A stretch of 64,000 nt of DNA from Candidatus Falkowbacteria bacterium HGW-Falkowbacteria-1 (GTDB lineage Bacteria > Patescibacteriota > Patescibacteriia > Patescibacteriales > UBA12465), in the NCBI GenBank assembly GCA_002840305.1, contig PHAI01000002.1:74707-138706 (forward strand), written 5' to 3'. Position 1 is the first letter of the stretch; each line of letters starts with the position of its first letter. The notes below the pieces were generated by a model. The model was given only the letters and a program-made list of their open reading frames with translations. It did no database searches and was not told where the DNA came from. The position numbers and the translations under genes are program-made. Positions 57,672 to 64,000 of the stretch are shown in pieces.

Positions 57672-59378
57672 CTAATTTATTAAATCTTCTTTTTTCTCCT
57701 TTATATATTTCACCCAATCATCAAAAATTTCTACAAATACCTTAAATGGAACCTCTATTACAAAATCTAAAACAAATATAAAAACATTTATCTTTGAAAC
57801 ATTATCGGACAAAAATTTACCCATAGCCACTATAGGCATATAAAAAAAATCAAACAAGAAGCTAACGAAACCTTCTTTGGGTTCAATTATTATAAATCTT
57901 TTAATATCTCTCTTAATTCTAAAACTAAAAAAGCTTACAAAAGTTAAGAAAAATAAAAATATAGTAATATTAACCCAATTAAAATCAATCAGCGACAAGC
58001 CATTAATTATTGCATAGATCGTAATGGAAAAACCTGTTAAATACAGAAGATTGAAAATAAAATCCATTACAAAATTTCTCTTAATCGGTTTTCTCAAAAC
58101 AATGGAATACTTTTGCCTTTTTTCAGCAAAAACTATTTCCTCTAAACCCTCTAATATCTTTTTTTCATTTTCCTTGGCCGGACTCCAGGTAAATAAAATC
58201 ATTACAAAGAGCAAAAAAGCGGGAAACATGACATTTATAGCCAATGATACAGGGTTCATTTCTTCCCCGAAAAATTTTATAGCTGGAATTTCTAGGGCAA
58301 AAACAAAAATCGATTTTGTTAAAAAAATATAAATTATACTTCGCCAACCAGATCTCCAAAGTTTTCTTTTTATTTTTCGATACCTTTTTTCAATAATTTC
58401 TTTAACAAAACTGATAAAGGCCTTGTAATTATTAACGGCAAATTCATAAACTTTTAACGGATTTTCATCTATAGCTTCGTGCAATACAGAAAAATAAAGA
58501 GAATAAGATTTTATAATTTTATCCAACTGCTTTATTAAGGGATGTTTCAATTGATTAGACGTAGCCAAATAAAGTTTATCTATTTTTTCTGAAATTTTAA
58601 TAATCTGTTGATCGTCAGCCTTTTTCCAGTCTTTGTTGTAATATTTAAAAATAACCAAATTTAATGAATCATTATCATATCTAAGAAAGCTTCGGCAAAT
58701 ACTTAAATATATTTGAATCTCTAAGTCGTTCTTAAAAGGCAAATCTTTTGGCAATTTAATATTGTCTTTTAAAATTTCAAACATATCATTGACCATTTCT
58801 TTTCTAACAACATCGTCTGACAAATTTTCTTCTATTTCTGCGGCGGCCAAAGACATTAACCAATTTATCAATAAGTTTTTAGCCTTACTGGTTCTCTTTC
58901 TTTTGCTTTTAAAACCAAAAGATTCTGAAAGTATTGAGAAAAAACTCTCTTTTTGAAAACTATAATACTTTAACTTGATATATTTTTCTAATATTTCACT
59001 TATTTCATAAATTTTCTTCTCCGGGATTGAGTTGTTTGGCAAATATCCGGCCTGAATTAACTCCGTTAACAAATGAATAGCGATGTTCTCACTCTCAGAT
59101 TTTTTTATAATCCCCTCAATCAATATTTGTCTTTTTAATATTCTTTTAATAGCATTTTTACGAAGCAAATAATCTTCATCGTAATCAACAGCATTCCTCA
59201 CCTTTTCATAAAAAAAAGCCAATTTAGACCCCATATTAGAAACACTAATATTAGCCTCTTTGTTTTGAGAAGAACTTAGCTTGTTTTTTTTGATATATAT
59301 AAGTTGAAAAAGTTTCTTTGCACTTGAATCAACCGTAAAACTGCTCTCCTTCTTTTTTATTAAATTAGGACTAACCAT
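57672..59378 (-). CDS. Conserved-looking hypothetical membrane protein
   Basis: 568 aa; YEKVRNAVDY...LLRKNAIKRILKR N-terminal motif; 4+ C-terminal TM helices. Confidence 0.7.
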   Translation of the reverse strand: MVSPNLIKKKESSFTVDSSAKKLFQLIYIKKNKLSSSQNKEANISVSNMGSKLAFFYEKVRNAVDYDEDYLLRKNAIKRILKRQILIEGIIKKSESENIAIHLLTELIQAGYLPNNSIPEKKIYEISEILEKYIKLKYYSFQKESFFSILSESFGFKSKRKRTSKAKNLLINWLMSLAAAEIEENLSDDVVRKEMVNDMFEILKDNIKLPKDLPFKNDLEIQIYLSICRSFLRYDNDSLNLVIFKYYNKDWKKADDQQIIKISEKIDKLYLATSNQLKHPLIKQLDKIIKSYSLYFSVLHEAIDENPLKVYEFAVNNYKAFISFVKEIIEKRYRKIKRKLWRSGWRSIIYIFLTKSIFVFALEIPAIKFFGEEMNPVSLAINVMFPAFLLFVMILFTWSPAKENEKKILEGLEEIVFAEKRQKYSIVLRKPIKRNFVMDFIFNLLYLTGFSITIYAIINGLSLIDFNWVNITIFLFFLTFVSFFSFRIKRDIKRFIIIEPKEGFVSFLFDFFYMPIVAMGKFLSDNVSKINVFIFVLDFVIEVPFKVFVEIFDDWVKYIKEKKEDLIN

Positions 59379-59529
59379 ATTTATACATTTTTATTTTATA
59401 CACCTATAATAATACATTAAAATAAAAAAATCAACAAAATCTAAAAGCGCTAAAAATAGGTGTTGACTTTTATTTTTTTCTTTATTATTATATAGACACA
59501 GCCATTAAGGCTTTTTTAATTTGAAAAAT

Positions 59530-59712
59530 ATGAGCAAATTTGGTAATTATATAAAAAGTTCGATAGCCGAACTAAAAAAAGTAAGCTGGCCAACAAAAAA
59601 AGAAACCTACCATTACACCTTGATAGTTATTGGCCTAAGTTTGGCAGTCGCTATTTTCTTAGGTAGCCTTGATTATGTCTTTAATTTAGGCTTGGAATCT
59701 TTAATAAAATAA
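59530..59712 (+). CDS. secE: Preprotein translocase subunit SecE
   Basis: ELKKVSWP motif plus TM; directly upstream of nusG. Confidence 0.95.
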   Translation: MSKFGNYIKSSIAELKKVSWPTKKETYHYTLIVIGLSLAVAIFLGSLDYVFNLGLESLIK

Positions 59713-59713
59713 T

Positions 59714-60259
59714 ATGGCTAAACAAAATTTAAACGAAGGAAAAAGATGGTATGTTCTTCACACCTATTCTGGTTACGAAGAAAACGTTGCCCACAATCTA
59801 AAACAAAGAATAGAGACTCTTGACGCTGGTGACAAGATTTTTAATGTTTTAGTGCCAACCGAAAAAAAAATAAAAATAAAAAACGGAAAAAGACGAGTGA
59901 TTGAAGAAAAGATATTTCCTGGATACGTATTAGTTGAAATGATGGTAACGGACGAATCTTGGTATATAGTTAGAAATACACCAAACGTCACCGGCTTTAT
60001 AGGAGTTGGGACAGTTCCCACTCCAATTAGTGAAAAAGAAGTACAAGGATTAATGAAGAGAATGGGGGTTGATGAACCTAAATTCAAAATAGACGTAATA
60101 ATGGGAGAAACGGTGAAAATAACCGATGGACCATTCAAAAATTTTGAAGGAAAAATAACAAACATAGACGAGGCTAAAGGAAAAATAAAAGTAAATGTTT
60201 CTATGTTTGGACGAGAAACACCAGTTGAGTTAGATTTTTTACAAATAAAAAAAGTATAA
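59714..60259 (+). CDS. nusG: Transcription factor NusG
   Basis: WYVLHTYSGYE, FPGYVLV, KOW GPF, FGRETPVEL. Confidence 0.98.
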   Translation: MAKQNLNEGKRWYVLHTYSGYEENVAHNLKQRIETLDAGDKIFNVLVPTEKKIKIKNGKRRVIEEKIFPGYVLVEMMVTDESWYIVRNTPNVTGFIGVGTVPTPISEKEVQGLMKRMGVDEPKFKIDVIMGETVKITDGPFKNFEGKITNIDEAKGKIKVNVSMFGRETPVELDFLQIKKV

Positions 60260-60400
60260 TTTGAAAACCCAAAGGGTTGCTTCTTCATTTTATATTTTAA
60301 AAAATAAACATAATTATAATTCTATTATCTGCTAAAAAATGCAAATAATACTAATTAACACCTAAAATTGAATTGAGTTTCAAATTATAGGTTTAACTAT

Positions 60401-60823
60401 ATGGCAAAAAAACTATTAACCAAAATAAAACTACAGATTCCAGCCGGACAAGCCACCCCAGCTCCACCAGTCGGTCCAGCTTTGGGTCAGCATGGTTTAA
60501 ACATTCAAGATTTTTGTTCAAAATTTAATGACGCAAGCAAAGACAGAATGGGAGAAATAACCCCAGTCGAAATAAGCGTCTACGAAGACAGGACATTCGA
60601 TTTCATCATGAAATCCCCTCCAGCATCAGAATTAATAAAGAAATTTGCTAAAATCAAAAAAGGATCAGGAAAACCATTAAACCAAAAGGTTGGTTCGTTA
60701 ACCAAGGAAGAATTAGCTGAAATAGCAAAAATAAAAATGTCAGACCTAAACACTGATGACGTAGAACAAGCAATGAAAATAATTGCTGGAACAGCCAGAC
60801 AAATGGGTGTTGAAATCAAATAA
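60401..60823 (+). CDS. rplK: 50S ribosomal protein L11
   Basis: [18 protein letters not shown] and GTARQMG. Confidence 0.98.
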   Translation: MAKKLLTKIKLQIPAGQATPAPPVGPALGQHGLNIQDFCSKFNDASKDRMGEITPVEISVYEDRTFDFIMKSPPASELIKKFAKIKKGSGKPLNQKVGSLTKEELAEIAKIKMSDLNTDDVEQAMKIIAGTARQMGVEIK

Positions 60824-60825
60824 TT

Positions 60826-61275
60826 ATGACAAACGAAAAGATTTCTAATAATGAAATAAACAAAGAATTTCAAGACAGAATCTTGTTTCAAAAATCTGCA
60901 GTTGAATTAAAGAAGGAAATTGATTCTTTGGTTTCTTTAATAAGCAAAAAGAAAGAAATTAGAATCATCGACTCCAGTATCGATTTCATTAAAAAAAAAT
61001 CTTTAAATCTTACTGATTTGTTGAAGGAAAGAATCAAAAAATATCCTGAAAGCCAACAAACAAGACAAGAACATCATTTGAATAAAAACAACGATTCGTG
61101 TCAAACTGATATAAATAAGATAAAAAATCACTTGATTGAGAGCACTAATTCACTGCTACAAGATTCAATAAGTGGAAAAATTGGTTTTAATCACCCCCAA
61201 GATATAATAAACCATTTGGAAGAAATAACAGAAAAGATAGAACTTCTTAAATCTATTATGGAAAAACAAAATTAA
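60826..61275 (+). CDS. Hypothetical helical protein inserted between rplK and rplA
   Basis: 149-aa ORF starting 2 bp after the rplK stop; no motif recognised. Confidence 0.65.
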   Translation: MTNEKISNNEINKEFQDRILFQKSAVELKKEIDSLVSLISKKKEIRIIDSSIDFIKKKSLNLTDLLKERIKKYPESQQTRQEHHLNKNNDSCQTDINKIKNHLIESTNSLLQDSISGKIGFNHPQDIINHLEEITEKIELLKSIMEKQN

Positions 61276-61283
61276 TAAATAAT

Positions 61284-61312
61284 GTGGGAGAATTATTATT
61301 CGCTATTACCAC
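61284..61312 (+). promoter_or_regulatory. Ribosomal protein L1 autoregulatory leader
   Basis: GTGGGAG-AATTATTATTC-GCTATT-ACCAC has the GUGGGAG...ACCAC L1-binding fold; 9 nt before the rplA ATG. Confidence 0.8.
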
Positions 61313-61321
61313 AAAATAACT

Positions 61322-61972
61322 ATGGAAAATTTAGAAAAAGGAAAAACTTATTCAATCACCGAAGCAATTGATTTTTGCAAAAAAAATCACAAAGTAAAGT
61401 TCGATGCTTCAGTCGAGGTTCATTTTAAACTTGGAATAGACACCAAAAAAGGTGACCAGCAAGTTAGGTCGGCCGTAAGCTTGCCAAATGGAACTGGAAA
61501 AACTGTAATTATAGCCGCTTTTGTATCTCCAGAAAAAGAAAAAGCCGTAAAAGAAGCTGGGGCCGATTTGGTTGGCGGGGATGATTTAATTGAAGAAATT
61601 AAAAAAACAGAAAAAACTAATTTTGACATAGCTATTGCCGAAACCTCAATGATGAAAAATTTAGCTAAAATTGCCAAAATTTTAGGTACCAGAGGTCTTA
61701 TGCCTTCCCCCAAGAATGACACCGTAACCAACGACCCAATAAAGGCCACAAAAGAATTAAAAAAGGGAAAAATAAGCTTCAAAAGCGATGACACAGGAAA
61801 TGTTCACGCTATTATCGGTAAAGTAAGTTTTGAAAACAAAGCTTTGGAAGAAAATTTTAACACCTTACTAGATGCTATCAAGAAAGCTAAACCATCATCG
61901 TCAAAAGGTGTTTATATTAGAAACACAAGTATTAATTCAACAATGGGAAAAGGAATTAAAATTTCAGTATAA
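61322..61972 (+). CDS. rplA: 50S ribosomal protein L1
   Basis: KFDASVE, LPNGTGK, AGADLVG, LG-x-RGLMP, STMGKG. Confidence 0.97.
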   Translation: MENLEKGKTYSITEAIDFCKKNHKVKFDASVEVHFKLGIDTKKGDQQVRSAVSLPNGTGKTVIIAAFVSPEKEKAVKEAGADLVGGDDLIEEIKKTEKTNFDIAIAETSMMKNLAKIAKILGTRGLMPSPKNDTVTNDPIKATKELKKGKISFKSDDTGNVHAIIGKVSFENKALEENFNTLLDAIKKAKPSSSKGVYIRNTSINSTMGKGIKISV

Positions 61973-61994
61973 AATAAGAAAAAGTGCAGAAAAT

Positions 61995-62024
61995 AAAAAA
62001 ACCGCTCTCTCTGAGCGGTTTTTT
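61995..62024. terminator. Bidirectional terminator between rplA and the HAD gene
   Basis: AAAAAACCGCTC / GAGCGGTTTTTT. Confidence 0.88.
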
Positions 62025-62034
62025 GTTGAGTTTT

Positions 62035-62748
62035 TTAATCAACAAAGAACTTTATTATCCTATCAACCTCTAAGCACAACTCCGATGGATCGGTATAAAT
62101 AAGTTTTTTATTTAAACCAGCGACTATAAAATCAGTGGGTGTCGCTATAAACGATGAAGCTACAGCAACGAATAGAAATCCTCTATTTCTAGCCGCCTGG
62201 TAATCGTAGTCAACCGTGTCACCGATATAAACAAATTTATCCAAGGTCATTCCCTGCGAAACAAAAAATTCTTCAACTTTATCAAAGACTCTTTTATCGG
62301 GCTTAACAAAATCATGACAACCATTACCTTGAATGTAGGAAAAAAAAGATAAATTTAGTCCACATTCTTCAGCTATTTTTAGCATTGACTTCTTGTCTCG
62401 GCTGGAAATAATAGCTAGCTTTACTCCAATGTCTTTTAAATATTGAAGACCAGAGTTAATGTAACCAAATTTTTTCGGTTTAGGATACTTATACTTTTTT
62501 TCTTCTTTCCAGTAATTAATCAAGTCCTGTTTGCCCCAAGACAGCTCGTCGGAAACCTTTATCACTAACTCTACATAAGGCATTCCCCAAAGCCTTCTAA
62601 ACATTTGATTGTCGGGAATTTTTTCTGGCAATAAGCCAACTTTCTCACAAACAAACCTGACTCTTTTAACACCGTCTTCTGTAGTCTGAATAAGGGTTCC
62701 GTCAAGGTCCCAAATAAAAGCCCACTGAGAATAATCAATCTTTTTCAT
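62035..62748 (-). CDS. HAD-superfamily hydrolase
   Basis: WDLDGTL (motif I), ISS (II), KP (III), IGDT-x-x-x-D (IV). Confidence 0.88.
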   Translation of the reverse strand: MKKIDYSQWAFIWDLDGTLIQTTEDGVKRVRFVCEKVGLLPEKIPDNQMFRRLWGMPYVELVIKVSDELSWGKQDLINYWKEEKKYKYPKPKKFGYINSGLQYLKDIGVKLAIISSRDKKSMLKIAEECGLNLSFFSYIQGNGCHDFVKPDKRVFDKVEEFFVSQGMTLDKFVYIGDTVDYDYQAARNRGFLFVAVASSFIATPTDFIVAGLNKKLIYTDPSELCLEVDRIIKFFVD

Positions 62749-62799
62749 TTTTTCGTCATTTTGGTTTTATGTTAAATTACTATTATTTTACAGAACCGT

Positions 62800-63606
62800 T
62801 TATATTAACACAAAAGTAAAAAAAATCAATAGCCCTATTAAAATTCTATACCAAGCAAAAACTTTAAAATTATTTTTTTTAATAAAATTAAGTAAAAATT
62901 TTATAGAAACTATTGCTACTAAAAACGAAACTATAAATCCAATAATCAAAAATATCAACTCTTCCCTACTAAAGCTAAAACCGGATTTAATTAAATCAAG
63001 ACCAGAGGCAGCGGCCATTGTAGGGATGGCAAGTAAAAAAGAAAATTCAACAATAGCTCTCCGGCTTATTCCCAAAAAAAGACCACCAAAAATAGTAGCG
63101 GCCGACCTAGAAACGCCTGGTATCATCGCTATAGATTGAAAAAGACCAATATAAAAACATTTTTTATAACTAATTTCATCAATAAAATCTTTTTGCTCTA
63201 CACTTTTTACTGCTTTTTTCCGATTTTCATAATAGTTTTCTAAAAAAATGATTGCTATGCCACCCAAAAAAAGAGCCAAGGAAATTATTAAAAAACTTTC
63301 TTGAAAAAAATTTTTTACTATCTTATAAAAAACTAAACCCAAGACGGCCGTCGGAATAAAAGCTATTAATATCTTTTTAAAATAAGACAAAAAATTATTA
63401 ATAATTTTTTTCCAATACAAAAAAACAACCGCTAAGATAGAGGCGAGCTGAATTATAATAATGAAACTTTTTGTAAAATCATTAAGTTCCATTTTTAATA
63501 ATTGAGCACCTACTAAAAGATGGGCAGTTGATGAAATTGGTAAAAATTCAGTAAACCCCTGTATTATACCAAGCAGTAAGGATTTGAAATAAAAATATTC
63601 AATCAT
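62800..63606 (-). CDS. uppP: Undecaprenyl-diphosphatase
   Basis: QGFTEFLPISSTAH, PGVSRSAAT, EFSFLLAIP, FAWYRI. Confidence 0.96.
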   Translation of the reverse strand: MIEYFYFKSLLLGIIQGFTEFLPISSTAHLLVGAQLLKMELNDFTKSFIIIIQLASILAVVFLYWKKIINNFLSYFKKILIAFIPTAVLGLVFYKIVKNFFQESFLIISLALFLGGIAIIFLENYYENRKKAVKSVEQKDFIDEISYKKCFYIGLFQSIAMIPGVSRSAATIFGGLFLGISRRAIVEFSFLLAIPTMAAASGLDLIKSGFSFSREELIFLIIGFIVSFLVAIVSIKFLLNFIKKNNFKVFAWYRILIGLLIFFTFVLI

Positions 63607-63617
63607 TGTCCTACTTT

Positions 63618-64000
63618 TTAATCAATATTTCGACTAGCTATTTCTCTAAGTATTATATTGCGATCTTGACCATATTTATATCGACTTAACTGTCTAACAT
63701 TTTTTGACATCCCTTCTCTAAATTCTCCCATTAAAGGCCAAATTGTTTGTAAAGAAAATGGTCTAGTGCTTTGACCATCAACCAACAGCTTAACAAAGCC
63801 ACCCCTACCAACATTCACCAAGTCATATTCATTAAATACTGGTCCGAACTCTTTAACCAAAAATTCAGAATCTTCAGATCCAACTCTAAAGCTGACCATG
63901 GTACCAACGTTACCGAAAACAGCATCTTTTATTTCTGTATCTTGGTTTTTACTAAGTTGACCTATATACTGATGAGCAATATTTAAACACAGGGCATATT
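63618..64000 (-). CDS. C-terminal part of a TraD/TrwB/VirD4-like (HerA/FtsK superfamily) ATPase
   Basis: The frame stays open to the window edge: YALCLNIAHQYIGQL...AVFGNVGTMVSFRVGSEDSE...SRYKYG. Confidence 0.85.
   Translation of the reverse strand, partial: YALCLNIAHQYIGQLSKNQDTEIKDAVFGNVGTMVSFRVGSEDSEFLVKEFGPVFNEYDLVNVGRGGFVKLLVDGQSTRPFSLQTIWPLMGEFREGMSKNVRQLSRYKYGQDRNIILREIASRNID

Noticed and set aside
121..63986. Numerous 60-170-aa ORFs antisense to or inside identified genes (e.g. 121-396, 20476-20889, 45045-45524, 59773-60288, 61420-61794)
   Set aside because: They fully overlap well-supported genes, carry no motifs, and are expected as antisense shadows of biased codon usage.
63618..64000. 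Conjugative element implied by TraD-like and TraX-like genes
   Set aside because: The two genes are 42 kb apart among housekeeping genes, and no relaxase, mating-pair genes or att sites are visible.

Overview
AT-rich, gene-dense bacterial chromosome segment. Gene content and style point to a Patescibacteria/CPR (Parcubacteria, probably Falkowbacteria-like) genome (inference): few Shine-Dalgarno sites, a type IV pilin fusion, a TraD/VirD4-like ATPase, and FG-GAP and Kazal surface proteins. Most genes are on the minus strand. Housekeeping genes include a Xer recombinase, ftsQ-like, alr, serS, dnaX, engB, tRNA-Gln(CTG), lysS, greA, murI, uvrC, uvrA, rnhB, gltX, corA, pyrG, ctpA, tsaC, rsmI, secE-nusG-rplK-rplA and uppP, plus a flippase/GT/ligase/TraX glycosylation cluster. 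There are four main unexplained signals. (1) A 134-bp leader is duplicated in front of two highly diverged paralogous orphan genes between uvrC and uvrA; it holds a perfect sigma70 promoter, a boxA-like motif and a 30-bp RNA hairpin in which all 7 differences between copies preserve pairing. (2) A similar promoter + boxA-like + own-terminator layout recurs at other dispersed orphan genes, including two lipoproteins with Bacteroidota-type export signals (CQKDD, CEKE), suggesting a co-regulated and possibly host-directed gene class. (3) A related ~67-nt structured leader sits upstream of both serS and gltX. (4) A dif-like site lies directly upstream of the Xer gene. No CRISPR array, rRNA or IS element was seen. 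All alignments and folds were done by eye.
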